This document shows, piece after piece, positions 19,630-29,417 of a stretch of 64,000 nucleotides of DNA; the stretch's first letter is position 1, and every line of letters begins with the position of its first letter. A model generated the notes under the pieces. It searched no databases, was not told the origin of the DNA, and was given only the letters and a program-made list of their open reading frames with translations. This DNA is from a phage: sequence record OZ317122.1, one strand, 5' to 3'. The position numbers and the translations under genes were made by a program.

Positions 19630-20157
19630 TTATGCGAGTACCGTCTTTAACCGTTCTTCAAACTTCCGAAGAGTATTCTGGCGTTCAGCTCTTTGCTTTT
19701 TGTAAGTTTCAATACGCTCTGAAATGAGAGTGTATCGTTCATTTACTGATTCTTTCATAAAATCAGGAATTTCACGAGAAGCTTTAATCTCATCAAATTT
19801 ATCAATAACAGCTTGCTCTTCAGCAATTAAGTTATCATACATCAAAATATCTTTCTTGATGAACTCAATATCTTCTTGAGTTACACGAGATAATTTAGAT
19901 GCTTTATCCTTTTTGTACTGTTCGTTAGTATCACGAGACCAGTGTAATGTACGATTTTTATTCGTATTCTTGTAAATTTCTACAATACCAATCTCATCGA
20001 TAATAACGATCCAATTCCAACGAGATTTGTAAATTTGTCCTCCGTCAACCGTGATTTCACCTCCGATTGAGATGTCATTAAAGAACTTACTTTGTGCTTC
20101 AGATTTAAATTTACCATCGTTGTAATTTACCAGGTTGAAAATATCTTTAGCGTTCAT
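19630..20157 (-). CDS. hypothetical protein with C-terminal coiled coil
   Basis: Trimmed to ATG at 20155-20157 (GGAGG upstream); track N-terminus is translated promoter. Confidence 0.5.
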   Translation of the reverse strand: MNAKDIFNLVNYNDGKFKSEAQSKFFNDISIGGEITVDGGQIYKSRWNWIVIIDEIGIVEIYKNTNKNRTLHWSRDTNEQYKKDKASKLSRVTQEDIEFIKKDILMYDNLIAEEQAVIDKFDEIKASREIPDFMKESVNERYTLISERIETYKKQRAERQNTLRKFEERLKTVLA

Positions 20158-20179
20158 TTTGTGTTCCTCCGTAGTTGAT

Positions 20180-20225
20180 AGTTGTATAGTACCACAGAGG
20201 AACAGTCTTGTAAACAACTAAAAGA
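20180..20225 (-). promoter_or_regulatory. T4-type early promoter
   Basis: Plus strand gttgatagttgtatagtacca...gtaaacaac; minus strand reads GTTTAC, spacer, TACTATACAACTATCAAC. Confidence 0.55.
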
Positions 20226-20532
20226 AACTTCTTTCACAATTTTTTCCACTGAACCACGCGCTCACTGCTTTCTTAGTCTCAGGAGCAGTGTTATCCATAA
20301 ACCATTCAAAGGCAGCCTTTTTATGATTCTGGAGGGCTTCTCGGGCTTTAATCTGCTCACGGTCTATTAACACTAACATATGAGCCTTTCTTGTCACCAG
20401 GGGCTTCTTATGATTTTTTGAATACTCCCAATCATTTGTCCATCGCATCGTTGTTGCGAATTGAAGTACAGCTTCCTTAATCTTAGTTTCGTAAATTTCA
20501 CGAGCCTTTGAGTATAACATCATTACCTCCAT
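20218..20532 (-). CDS. hypothetical protein
   Basis: 104-aa ORF, ATG start. Confidence 0.45.
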   Translation of the reverse strand: MEVMMLYSKAREIYETKIKEAVLQFATTMRWTNDWEYSKNHKKPLVTRKAHMLVLIDREQIKAREALQNHKKAAFEWFMDNTAPETKKAVSAWFSGKNCERSFF

Positions 20533-20623
20533 TTACCAGTTTAATTCTAGTCATCTTTTTGATGGCAGTCCCATATAATCTATTTCTGAACTGCCTTTTT
20601 GTCTTAGAAGGCCTCTTATGAAT

Positions 20624-21591
20624 TTATTTCAGAAGAGTAACCGTAGCGATTTCTTCCCAACCGTTTTTGTCGGTCATAATGAAGTCAGCAAGATAAAGAG
20701 CAGTACGCAGTGAAACATTACGTAAACGGTTAACATTGACTTTCATCCATGATAATGCTTTATAAGTTTCTTCATCAGAAAGACCGCGCTTTTGCATCAT
20801 GTCGGTTGAAAGAATAACATCTTCAACCCTGACCATAATTTCTTCATTAGTGTGAACACCCAAATCTAAATAAACTGAGCGGGACACTAATGCTTGTAAA
20901 TGTGGAGCAAGTTTAGTACCACGGTCTAATTCGCGGTCAATATCAACGTTTGTGATAAAAACAATCGTTCCTTTAAATTCAAACTCACGCTCAATGCCTT
21001 TTTCTTCTAAGTAAGAAGATGCAGTGCTCCAGCAGACTTTACGGGTCTCTCCAGTGTCCAGAGCAGCTTTCAGAAGATTAAGAATGTCCATATCAGAGAA
21101 AACATCCACATCATCAATCAAAAGGACAGAATTCTCTTCACGATTATTCCAGAGCTGCTCATAAAGACCGATACCTGAGATTTTACCATTAATGCTTTTA
21201 TACTCAATGTATCCAATATCATTTGCTTTATTTAAAGCTTTATCTAAAGAATACGTTTTACCAATACCCGCCGCACCAGAGATAATTAATGAACGAATGT
21301 TTCCGTTAATAATACCATTCGTCATCATTCCCATAACATTAAATCTTTTATTAATGCGGGTTTTCATATCTTCATATGATTCTTTAACTTCTTCAACTTT
21401 TACACCATCATATGAAATGTCTGATTTGTAAACCCAAACACCGCGACGCTTACCGTCAATTTCAACAAAAACTTTACCATCTCCTTGTGCATCCACCGGA
21501 GCATTATCTGGGAACCATTCGCCTAAGAGCTCAAAAGTTCCAGAGATTTCTTTACCAAAGTAGATACCCTTATTGATAGTTACAGTTTTCA
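20624..21591 (-). CDS. P-loop ATPase (AAA-like), 322 aa
   Basis: Walker A GAAGIGKT, Walker B VLLIDDVD; trimmed to ATG at 21589-21591 downstream of promoter (GGAG upstream). Confidence 0.6.
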
Positions 21592-21619
21592 TTTTATTCT
21601 CCAAATCCGTATCAGTTGA

Positions 21620-21680
21620 TAGTTGTATAGTACCATAAAGCTTTATGCTTGTAAACCGTTTTGTGAAAAATTTTTGAAAT
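21620..21680 (-). promoter_or_regulatory. T4-type early promoter
   Basis: agttgatagttgtatagtacca...gtaaaccgttttgtgaaaaa signature between terminator and ATPase gene. Confidence 0.55.
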
Positions 21681-21706
21681 AAAAAAAGGGAGCCCGAAGG
21701 CTCCCT
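21681..21706 (-). terminator. rho-independent terminator
   Basis: Minus-strand RNA gggagccuucgggcuccc followed by 7 U; directly after stop of 21708..22721. Confidence 0.7.
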
Positions 21707-21707
21707 A

Positions 21708-22721
21708 TCATTTATAATAACTTCGGTGGTTTTCAAGATAGACCTTCTCAAGGAAGTCATCCCAGAAACCCATGTCTACTTTTTGCTGCATACCGTTCTT
21801 AGAAGCTTCAGTAGATGCTGCTTCTACTTGATCGACCACATCTTCCAAAAACTCTTGAACGGTTTTAAATGGATGTTTACCCAACTTCACGTCGAGAATA
21901 AATGGAGCGTCTTGAAGTGGATAGACTAAGTCGCCAGTTTTGTAAATTTCCAATAGTTGGAGTCCACCACGGCAAGCATGACTCAAAGCTTTCCAGTCAA
22001 TACCTTCATTGGCTTCGGCCTTACGAGCACGTTCACCGTATTCAGCATCTAATTTATTCAGTGACTGCTTAAGCTCAATAAGAGAAAGCGTTGTCTGATA
22101 TTTACGACCCAACACTGTGTAGAACGTTTGTGGGCCTGTTTTCTCATGATTATGGAACACCCATTCACAGAATTCGTTTTCTGGAAGACGATGCTTAATA
22201 TCTTCAACTTTAGTACGACGCTGCTTAATGGAACCGTCTTCTTGGTAATCAACCCATTGCTCAGGGATTTGATTAACTACTTTCAATACATCACGCAATG
22301 CGGCCAAACGAGAACCCTTAACACCATATTTAGAAGCTTGCTTGCGGACATATCCTAAATAGGATTTCATGTTAGTCGTATAAAAACGAGAACGATTGTC
22401 TTGAATAAACTTCCATACATCAGGCAAATCTGATTTAACCACTAGCTCAGGTGGAGTGTGAAGCATATCCAACGCTACAGTTTCACCATCTGCTGCTAAT
22501 TTAAAGAAATATTTAAGACTGTATAGTTCATGGTCAATATCATCTTTAGTGTTTTTAGATGATGTGTTGTTAGTGTTTTTACTCATGTGCTCTTTGACAT
22601 TTCCGATAAGAATATCGCGAGCAGGAGGAACAAAGATTTCTTTAAAATCGACATCAGATTCTGGTGTAGAAGTTCCATAAAGATGACTACCAAAATAACT
22701 TTTCATTACTGTTTTCATCAT
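21708..22721 (-). CDS. nucleotidyltransferase-fold protein, 337 aa
   Basis: N-terminal GSHLYGTSTPESDVD (GS-x10-DxD) then downstream acidic residue in ALDML. Confidence 0.55.
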   Translation of the reverse strand: MMKTVMKSYFGSHLYGTSTPESDVDFKEIFVPPARDILIGNVKEHMSKNTNNTSSKNTKDDIDHELYSLKYFFKLAADGETVALDMLHTPPELVVKSDLPDVWKFIQDNRSRFYTTNMKSYLGYVRKQASKYGVKGSRLAALRDVLKVVNQIPEQWVDYQEDGSIKQRRTKVEDIKHRLPENEFCEWVFHNHEKTGPQTFYTVLGRKYQTTLSLIELKQSLNKLDAEYGERARKAEANEGIDWKALSHACRGGLQLLEIYKTGDLVYPLQDAPFILDVKLGKHPFKTVQEFLEDVVDQVEAASTEASKNGMQQKVDMGFWDDFLEKVYLENHRSYYK

Positions 22722-23179
22722 TCAGCCTTATATTCAATAACAGGACACACTTTAGCTTTACGAGCTTTTAAAAATTCGACGATAATAGATTTCTTGGGTT
22801 GAATAGGAGGTAAACCTTTATACGCCCTATCAATATTTTCTACATGTAAAGCATAATCCTTTTTCCATTTATAATCTTTATATTTTTCATGCAGTTGTGC
22901 AGGAATAACAAATGAACCAATAATAAGTAAAATAAGCAAAATGGCAAGTATAAATGCTGATGGAATAAGAGTCCATAAACTACCAAAAATAAGCCATTTC
23001 TGTATGATTTCTGCACAGATAATAGTTAGACCTGCGAGTATAGTACATCCGAAAAAAGAAACGAAAAATGTAGGGATAACAATAGACCAAAAGTATGCAC
23101 ACAGTGTCTTAGGTCGTTTCCATTCGTCGTTAAACAGTTTGAATAATTTATAGTGCCAAGAGTTTTCATTAATAATCAT
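22718..23179 (-). CDS. multi-pass membrane protein
   Basis: 153 aa with three hydrophobic segments. Confidence 0.45.
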   Translation of the reverse strand: MIINENSWHYKLFKLFNDEWKRPKTLCAYFWSIVIPTFFVSFFGCTILAGLTIICAEIIQKWLIFGSLWTLIPSAFILAILLILLIIGSFVIPAQLHEKYKDYKWKKDYALHVENIDRAYKGLPPIQPKKSIIVEFLKARKAKVCPVIEYKAE

Positions 23180-23181
23180 AA

Positions 23182-23703
23182 TTATCCTTTCATTGAAGGT
23201 GTAACAGTTGTTAAATACTTAATCATAGCTTCAGCTTCTGATTTTGATAATGAAATTTCTCCATTGTTTTGACGAATAGAAATAAAATCCGGATGACGGT
23301 CACCACCAGCTTTTAAAACACACATATAAGTATCAGTTTCATCTTCAATATCTGAAATGATTGAAGCAGTTCCACATGAATGTGGTTTTTGATAAATCAA
23401 TACAGCTTTTCTTCCACCGTTTGACTGCTCATAAACTTTTAACACATCAAACAAATCGCTTCTTTTATCAATAGCTAAGATGTTGTTTTCATCTTCAATA
23501 TTAAATCCTTCGGATACTTCATAAAGTGTCACCCATAAATCACCAATATCAATAACAGCGTTCACTTTTCCATGACTTTCAAGAGCATTACAAATTTTCT
23601 TAATTTCATCATAACTCATTTTAATAATATCATCTCCTTGAATAAGGAAGATGTCATTTTTAAATTCAACACGAATTAAACCACTTCCACTTGAAATAAA
23701 CAT
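23182..23703 (-). CDS. hypothetical protein, paralog A of tandem pair
   Basis: C-terminus KSEAEAMIKYLTTVTPSM resembles KDEAIALKTYLDSVIPTM of next gene. Confidence 0.45.
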   Translation of the reverse strand: MFISSGSGLIRVEFKNDIFLIQGDDIIKMSYDEIKKICNALESHGKVNAVIDIGDLWVTLYEVSEGFNIEDENNILAIDKRSDLFDVLKVYEQSNGGRKAVLIYQKPHSCGTASIISDIEDETDTYMCVLKAGGDRHPDFISIRQNNGEISLSKSEAEAMIKYLTTVTPSMKG

Positions 23704-23709
23704 ATTTCC

Positions 23710-24243
23710 TCACTTTGAAATCATAGTTGGAATGACAGAATCGAGATAAGTCTTTAGCGCAATAGCTTCGTCTTTGGTAAATGTGACAATATACGATCGA
23801 AAATCATCAATTTGACGAATAGTTAAGACATCACCATCTTCATAGCATTTTGATACGTTTAAAACAGTTTCATCATTCTGATTGCAAGCGTTAGTAATAA
23901 TAGCATTGCAATTTTTGAGCCATTTTAAACTATGTTTTCTTTCATTAGAATAATAAAAATATTTAATCTTATCTATAAAACTATCCCAATGGATAACTGA
24001 TAAACACATTGACTCACTTTTAATATTAAATCCTGGGCATGAAGAATAAAAATGAATTTTGTGCTCATCATTGATGCTTACTATTTTATCAGTATAAGGA
24101 TATTCAATTTGGGTTAAATGAATGATTTCACTAGGCGTAAAATATAGCATATCGTCTTCTTGTGTCAAACGATACATATTATTTACTTTTTCTATAGCTA
24201 ATTCACCAAAAAGCGGACTAACTTCTAATACTAATCGTTTCAT
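23710..24243 (-). CDS. hypothetical protein, paralog B of tandem pair
   Basis: Trimmed to ATG at 24241-24243 (track start is GTG). Confidence 0.45.
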   Translation of the reverse strand: MKRLVLEVSPLFGELAIEKVNNMYRLTQEDDMLYFTPSEIIHLTQIEYPYTDKIVSINDEHKIHFYSSCPGFNIKSESMCLSVIHWDSFIDKIKYFYYSNERKHSLKWLKNCNAIITNACNQNDETVLNVSKCYEDGDVLTIRQIDDFRSYIVTFTKDEAIALKTYLDSVIPTMISK

Positions 24244-24397
24244 ATTGATTCTCTTCGACTCACCCACAATTACATACTCCTTTGAATAATATCAATAATG
24301 TTGTTCACCAGATTATAAGTAAACATTGGATAATTATATTGAATCATCACATACACAACAAACAAAACTTTCATTCTCTTCTCCTTGGCAGTTGACA

Positions 24398-24440
24398 AGA
24401 TTACTATATCATAACCTTGCCAACTTGTAAACCATTAAAT
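24398..24440 (-). promoter_or_regulatory. early-promoter-like motif
   Basis: Minus strand GTTTAC, about 17 nt, TATAGT; weaker match than other copies. Confidence 0.35.
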
Positions 24441-24597
24441 GACGTTTTCAATAAAATTCTGAAGCTTTGTGTGAGCATCAACCATGATTTTCATTTCTTC
24501 CTTTGCGAAAGCTGTACCTCTTTCCCTAGCAGAATACTCATAGTCAGAAACTGCATTAGCATATTCTTCAATTAGCTTCATTAAAAACATCTGCTTT
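24424..24597 (-). CDS. small protein (57 aa), below ORF-track cutoff
   Basis: Hand-translated MKTEKQMFLMKLIEEY...; 3' end overlaps the promoter-like motif. Confidence 0.25.
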
Positions 24598-24792
24598 TCA
24601 GTTTTCATTATTCCACCTAATCATTTCAAGATATTGAACTAACTTAGCTTTGGATTTATCCAAATCCTTTTTAGCTGCTTCTATACCATCGTATGAGTAT
24701 CCTTCACAATGCTCAACTGCTAATTGATATGAATCTATTTCAACATCACGTGCTAATTTAATAATTTTTTCAAACTGTTCACGTGTTAGCAT
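24598..24792 (-). CDS. hypothetical protein
   Basis: 64-aa ORF, ATG start. Confidence 0.4.
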   Translation of the reverse strand: MLTREQFEKIIKLARDVEIDSYQLAVEHCEGYSYDGIEAAKKDLDKSKAKLVQYLEMIRWNNEN

Positions 24793-24794
24793 AC

Positions 24795-24998
24795 TTAAAC
24801 TCTCGTATTATGATCGATAATTTCATCAAGAAACATATCTAAAGCTTCTACAGCATTATCAACTTTAGCTTCAAATTTTTCAATACCTTTATTTGCAATG
24901 CCTGCCGAAAACCAAGCAAAGTCACTAAGTTCCTCATCTGCTTTGCGAATTAAAGCTACCAATTCTTTAATTTTATCTGCTTGTTCAATTCTAGTCAT
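24795..24998 (-). CDS. hypothetical protein
   Basis: Trimmed to ATG at 24996-24998 (track start is GTG). Confidence 0.4.
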   Translation of the reverse strand: MTRIEQADKIKELVALIRKADEELSDFAWFSAGIANKGIEKFEAKVDNAVEALDMFLDEIIDHNTRV

Positions 24999-25186
24999 TA
25001 TTCCACCACATATGAAAGAGAGAATATTGCACACGCCATATGAGTTGCAGCTTCATCACACATATCATAACGTTTCTTAAGAAGTTCTACAAGTTCTTCA
25101 CTAGTAACTTCATCCATGTCGACGAAAAAATCACCATTAATGATGACGTAGATATTTCCTTCTTGATTAAGTGCTTCAATTTTCAT
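24998..25186 (-). CDS. hypothetical protein
   Basis: Trimmed to ATG at 25184-25186 with AAGAGGAGAA upstream; track N-terminus overlaps promoter. Confidence 0.4.
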   Translation of the reverse strand: MKIEALNQEGNIYVIINGDFFVDMDEVTSEELVELLKKRYDMCDEAATHMACAIFSLSYVVE

Positions 25187-25207
25187 GATGTTCTCCTCTT
25201 TATCCGA

Positions 25208-25262
25208 TAGTTGTATAGTATCACAGCTCAAATGGAAAGTAAACCGGTAAAATGAAAAAAGT
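25208..25262 (-). promoter_or_regulatory. T4-type early promoter
   Basis: gatagttgtatagtatcac...gtaaaccgg signature. Confidence 0.5.
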
Positions 25263-25281
25263 CTCCCGAAGGAGACTAATG
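25258..25281 (-). terminator. rho-independent terminator
   Basis: Minus-strand RNA agucuccuucgggagacu followed by UUUUUU. Confidence 0.7.
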
Positions 25282-25668
25282 TTATTCGAGGGAAAGAAGA
25301 TATTTACTCTGGTAAAACATCCCAGTAATATCATCTATCGTGCTTTGAATGGCTGGAGGCATTTCTTTATAAATGCTGTTAGATTGGTCTAGTATGCGAT
25401 CAATCATTTTAATTGTGTCAGTAGGAAGTTTACTGGCATCTGGAATAGAAGGCGTGTATTTTCTACCAGAATACCCCAAATATTGCTCACCAAATTTATC
25501 AATCAAATCTGGCAACTCAGAGAAAATAAAATCGTATGCTTTGTGTCTAGCATAACTTTTAGTTTCAAAATGCGCAGAATGAAAATAAGCTTGTGCAGCC
25601 ATTAATAAACCTAAGTATTCATCTGCCTTTGAAGGTTTTCCACTTTGTGAAAAGTCGCTGAATTTCAT
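25282..25668 (-). CDS. hypothetical protein (rI.-1 position)
   Basis: 128-aa ORF downstream of rI. Confidence 0.45.
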   Translation of the reverse strand: MKFSDFSQSGKPSKADEYLGLLMAAQAYFHSAHFETKSYARHKAYDFIFSELPDLIDKFGEQYLGYSGRKYTPSIPDASKLPTDTIKMIDRILDQSNSIYKEMPPAIQSTIDDITGMFYQSKYLLSLE

Positions 25669-25958
25669 TCAGTCTCCAATTTAATGTTCATAATTCTAGC
25701 GTATGATTGTGCCATCTCCGCGCCTCGCTCTATACATTCAAAATCGGAAGAGCACGGGTCATTTTTATAAGTCGTTCGCATAAAACTATAGAACTGTTCA
25801 GATGATTCTACGCTTTTGTTTTCAAAAAGCATATAAACGTGTCTAATACCAGATTCCATAAATTTATCAAAATGAGGATCGACATTCGCTTCAATTGGTG
25901 GAGATAAAGCAAACGCTAATCCTAGCATGGCAAATAGTGCCGTTGCTTTTAAGGCCAT
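25665..25958 (-). CDS. rI: lysis-inhibition protein RI (secreted)
   Basis: 97 aa; MALKATALFAMLGLAF... signal-anchor; matches remembered T4 RI. Confidence 0.8.
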   Translation of the reverse strand: MALKATALFAMLGLAFALSPPIEANVDPHFDKFMESGIRHVYMLFENKSVESSEQFYSFMRTTYKNDPCSSDFECIERGAEMAQSYARIMNIKLETE

Positions 25959-25987
25959 AAAGGCCTCCTATCATTTTTGTCCTGTAT

Positions 25988-26182
25988 TTACTTTATGCCG
26001 ATGCACGGCCTTAACTTTATCAAGGTATTTTCAAAATTTCGCAATCTAGTATAGTCTGCCGGAGATTGGTTGAGTGATACTTCTCGACGCAAAGCTGAAA
26101 TGATATTTCCAACTTCCCTACGAATTTCATCTAATTGAAGCACAGTAAGATTGCGAAGTTGCTTTTCAGTTAATTGTAGCAT
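25988..26182 (-). CDS. hypothetical protein (rI.1 position)
   Basis: 64-aa ORF. Confidence 0.4.
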   Translation of the reverse strand: MLQLTEKQLRNLTVLQLDEIRREVGNIISALRREVSLNQSPADYTRLRNFENTLIKLRPCIGIK

Positions 26183-26224
26183 ATATACCCCTTTAGTTAG
26201 ATAAACCTATTTATAACTTTTGCA

Positions 26225-26806
26225 CTAACCGAGCTTTTTAGTTAATTCATTCCAATGTTTTCTACACAAAGAAACATAAATTTCATCACCAATACAGATT
26301 TGATTACCTTCTTTAACTGGTGTTCCATCTTCCGTTAATCGAGCTGTCATAATCGCTTTTTTACCGCAATGACAAACCGCCTTTAGTTCAATAAGTTTAT
26401 CTGCAATCGCTAAAAGTTCTTTAGAACCTTCAAACAATTTTCCAGCGAAATCAGTCCTTAATCCATAAGCCATAACAGGAACATTATATGTATCAACAAT
26501 TCGACTTAATTGATGCACCTGTTCAGTTTTTAAAAACTGAGCTTCATCTACAAATACGCAATGAATATCTTTTTGTGCTTCAGCCCATTTATAGAACTCG
26601 AAAATATCCATATCATCTGTAATAATATTTGCTTCCTGCCTAATTCCAATGCGAGAAACGACTTCACAGACAGAATCGCGAGTATCAATAGCAGGCTTAA
26701 GAACTAATACACCCATTCCGCGTTCTTTATAATTATGTGCAGCAGTCAAAAGAGAAGCAGATTTTCCAGCATTCATTGCTGCGTAAGTAAAAATTAAACT
26801 CGCCAT
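26225..26806 (-). CDS. tk: thymidine kinase
   Basis: 193 aa; P-loop AMNAGKS; C-terminal zinc Cys pairs CHCGKK ... C; TK1-type. Confidence 0.9.
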   Translation of the reverse strand: MASLIFTYAAMNAGKSASLLTAAHNYKERGMGVLVLKPAIDTRDSVCEVVSRIGIRQEANIITDDMDIFEFYKWAEAQKDIHCVFVDEAQFLKTEQVHQLSRIVDTYNVPVMAYGLRTDFAGKLFEGSKELLAIADKLIELKAVCHCGKKAIMTARLTEDGTPVKEGNQICIGDEIYVSLCRKHWNELTKKLG

Positions 26807-26815
26807 ATCACCTTC

Positions 26816-27001
26816 TTAAAGCATATTCACATAAGCTATTAATTCGTTTTCTTTCTTATCAAACCGATCAGCAAATTCTTCTTGCTGTTCGGGAGATAGC
26901 GGGCCGTATTCATCATAAAAGGTGTTTGCTTCTGTATGCTCATCTAGAAGTTCATGGATAAGCTCAAACAATTTATCTTTTTGTTCTTTACTCAGACTCA
27001 T
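26816..27001 (-). CDS. hypothetical acidic protein (tk.1 position)
   Basis: 61-aa ORF, ATG start. Confidence 0.45.
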   Translation of the reverse strand: MSLSKEQKDKLFELIHELLDEHTEANTFYDEYGPLSPEQQEEFADRFDKKENELIAYVNML

Positions 27002-27171
27002 ATATTAATTTCCAGGAGTTTTAAAATAATTCGCTTTTGCTTAAATATTTCCATAGTTAAATGACCAGTATCTTTTTGACCGATTCCAATGGCAAAACCT
27101 TTATTAACAGCGAGTTCAATTAAATTATCAAGCTCACGTAACACTTCATACTGTAACTCAAAACTATTCAT
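26998..27171 (-). CDS. small protein (57 aa), below ORF-track cutoff
   Basis: Hand-translated MNSFELQYEVLRELDNLIELAVNKGFAIG...; stop overlaps next ATG. Confidence 0.3.
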   Translation of the reverse strand: MNSFELQYEVLRELDNLIELAVNKGFAIGIGQKDTGHLTMEIFKQKRIILKLLEINI

Positions 27172-27380
27172 TTCGGTTTACCTTCTTTAACGAAATCTGG
27201 ATAAGGATAAAATCCCGAATAAAATCCTTCACCTTTATGATTGATGCATCCTTTATTAGAACAATAGCACCAATAATCGAAATCACAAGCCATTTCATCG
27301 TTGCATAAAGCAAAAACAACTGGCCATTTACACTTTTCACAATGGGCATTTTTAAGAATACTAGTTTGGCTCATAACCAT
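27168..27380 (-). CDS. Cys-rich small protein
   Basis: 70 aa with CEKCKW, CNDEMAC, CYC, C...H clusters. Confidence 0.45.
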   Translation of the reverse strand: MVMSQTSILKNAHCEKCKWPVVFALCNDEMACDFDYWCYCSNKGCINHKGEGFYSGFYPYPDFVKEGKPK

Positions 27381-27598
27381 GTAACCTTTAAGCAGTATTC
27401 TTCTACATGCTGTTTACGACCTTTCTTATCAATAAAGGTATATTCAACGAATGTTCCAATGTAGTCTTTATCTACATCATGCGGACTATTAATTGGACAT
27501 TTAGTACGGCAAATGCGTTCCCATTGACGAATAATTACTGCCTTATTCTTTGGGTCATATGGATGTGGATAATGTATATTCATAATAACGGTTCCCAA
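27371..27598 (-). CDS. hypothetical protein
   Basis: 75-aa ORF. Confidence 0.45.
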   Translation of the reverse strand: MGTVIMNIHYPHPYDPKNKAVIIRQWERICRTKCPINSPHDVDKDYIGTFVEYTFIDKKGRKQHVEEYCLKVTWL

Positions 27599-28047
27599 TC
27601 AACAATCACAATTTCTAATTTAGAGGAATATGTATCTAAAATCCCCTCAATAATATCCCAGTTCCCTTTACCTATGCCTGCACCAATCCTAGGCATATAG
27701 ATTGTAGGTTTAATCAGTTTATTTTCACCAAACTCATTTAATTCTAACATACAATTCATTAAAGCGGAATACTCAAAATTTGGCCCTGGTTGAAATTGAG
27801 TATAAAGGTTGAAGCAATACGCTTTATGAGTCCTAAAGTATTTTTCATAGACTGAGTAAGAACCGAGTTTAGTTACATCACCCCATTCAGTCTGTAATTT
27901 ATCAGCTTCCAAAATTTTAGGGAAAGCTTTGGTTAATTGACCCGCTACGCCTGAACCCATAGTATGAAAACAATTGCATCCATGCGCAATATTTTTACCT
28001 TCAGCGAAAAGGGCGACAATATCGCCCTTGATATATTTTACAATCAT
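27580..28047 (-). CDS. macro-domain protein (ADP-ribose binding/processing), tk.4 position
   Basis: 155 aa; glycine-rich HGCNCFHTMGSGVAGQL and later GAGIG, typical macro-domain phosphate-binding loops. Confidence 0.6.
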   Translation of the reverse strand: MIVKYIKGDIVALFAEGKNIAHGCNCFHTMGSGVAGQLTKAFPKILEADKLQTEWGDVTKLGSYSVYEKYFRTHKAYCFNLYTQFQPGPNFEYSALMNCMLELNEFGENKLIKPTIYMPRIGAGIGKGNWDIIEGILDTYSSKLEIVIVDWEPLL

Positions 28048-28385
28048 CTAGTACTCAATCCTCGATTATAAGAATCTACCAAACGGTCAACCATTGAATG
28101 ACAAGCGGCTTTATCTTTCTCCTCCGCAACTGAACATTCTAAGGTATTCCACTTTTTAGCATATCGTTTTAATAATGTATCGTTTTTGTATCTGCTTGAT
28201 TTATCTCTTTCTCCGTCTTTATATGCATATATTAATTTCTGCGCAAATTCAGCTTGGCATGCTTTATTTTTCCCACAATAATCTGCCGCAGTGCGATTTA
28301 CATATTCTCTAATTTCAGTATATGATGTATCTGCTAACGCAGAAAATGAAATTAATCCTATACATAAAACCAAAATTTTAGTCAT
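28044..28385 (-). CDS. secreted small protein (vs position)
   Basis: 113 aa with N-terminal signal peptide MTKILVLCIGLISFSALA. Confidence 0.4.
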   Translation of the reverse strand: MTKILVLCIGLISFSALADTSYTEIREYVNRTAADYCGKNKACQAEFAQKLIYAYKDGERDKSSRYKNDTLLKRYAKKWNTLECSVAEEKDKAACHSMVDRLVDSYNRGLSTR

Positions 28386-28923
28386 TTACTATTTCCAAAA
28401 GTTTATTATTTTTAAGGTAATTAGCCTTTTCTAGGACTTCAGAAGCATATTTAGAACCTGCTTTAACATTCCATCCCGAATTATAAGAGGATATTGCTTT
28501 TCTTATATCGCCCTTATGTATATTTAACCAATAAGAAAGTTCAATGTACGCCCAGGAAGCTGAATTGGACCGTTTATTCAACATTCTTTTTATTTCAGCA
28601 TCGGTCATATTATAACCAAGTTCCTTAACTCTTGCTCGCATAGTAGGCAAATAATTTTGGAACATTCCATAAGCGTGATGCTTTGGTTTAGATTTTAAAT
28701 TAACTCCGCCAGAGCTTTCTTGCCATAAAATAGCAGCCATTATATGACCTAATCCGCTCTTGTGGATATTTTTGTGTGTTTTATATTTTCCATCCTTAGA
28801 AAATTGTTCCCCGAATTGATACGCGTAACGCATGTTATCGAGTTGGACATTACTGAAAGTATGCTCGGAGCTATGTGCCATCATTGAAATGGCCAATAGA
28901 CCAGCGAGTAGTGCTTTTCTCAT
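28378..28923 (-). CDS. secreted lytic transglycosylase-like protein (vs.1 position)
   Basis: Signal peptide; SLT-like motifs WQESSGG, AYGMFQ, SYNSG. Confidence 0.6.
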   Translation of the reverse strand: MRKALLAGLLAISMMAHSSEHTFSNVQLDNMRYAYQFGEQFSKDGKYKTHKNIHKSGLGHIMAAILWQESSGGVNLKSKPKHHAYGMFQNYLPTMRARVKELGYNMTDAEIKRMLNKRSNSASWAYIELSYWLNIHKGDIRKAISSYNSGWNVKAGSKYASEVLEKANYLKNNKLLEIVND

Positions 28924-28930
28924 GCTTACC

Positions 28931-29392
28931 TCATTGAGTTTTAATTACTGCTTTAGAAGCCTTTCCTGGTAAACGACGACTATTGATAATTGCCATCCTG
29001 CATTGAAGCGACGGGTCTTTGAACTTCGCATTAGGTTTACAAACTGTAAATCCAAGCCAAAGATTTCCATCTGTGATTTCTAAACGTCCAGGACGGTATT
29101 CAACCCCATCAATAAAATCCTCATCAATGTCAGGACGCGGAGGCATACTCAGGAATTCATTAACTTCTAAAACATGGTCTTTTATTTTGTGGAATAATTC
29201 AAAAACATATGTCTCATCAATCTCCCGTTGAATTGCACGATCAAGAAGATGCTGAGAATATTTTAGATGAAACGATGAGACCCCTGCTGCTTTTGATGCC
29301 TCACGAATCTCATTGTTAATTTGACGAAACTCCGACTCAAAATGACGACGAAGCTTATTTCGACGGATAAAAACTTCTGTATTGATAGTCAT
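28931..29392 (-). CDS. regB: endoribonuclease RegB
   Basis: 153 aa; MTINTEVFIRRNKLRRHFESEF...; matches remembered T4 RegB. Confidence 0.8.
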   Translation of the reverse strand: MTINTEVFIRRNKLRRHFESEFRQINNEIREASKAAGVSSFHLKYSQHLLDRAIQREIDETYVFELFHKIKDHVLEVNEFLSMPPRPDIDEDFIDGVEYRPGRLEITDGNLWLGFTVCKPNAKFKDPSLQCRMAIINSRRLPGKASKAVIKTQ

Positions 29393-29417
29393 GTTGTTCT
29401 CCTCTTAACTGATAGAA

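Noticed and set aside
20624-21760. ORF-track N-terminal extensions such as MTSLRR...LYGTIQLST (also 19630..20217 MFTRLFLCGTIQLST)
   Set aside because: The shared peptide is an in-frame translation of the conserved early-promoter motif gttgatagttgtatagtacc; true starts are the ATGs downstream of the promoter
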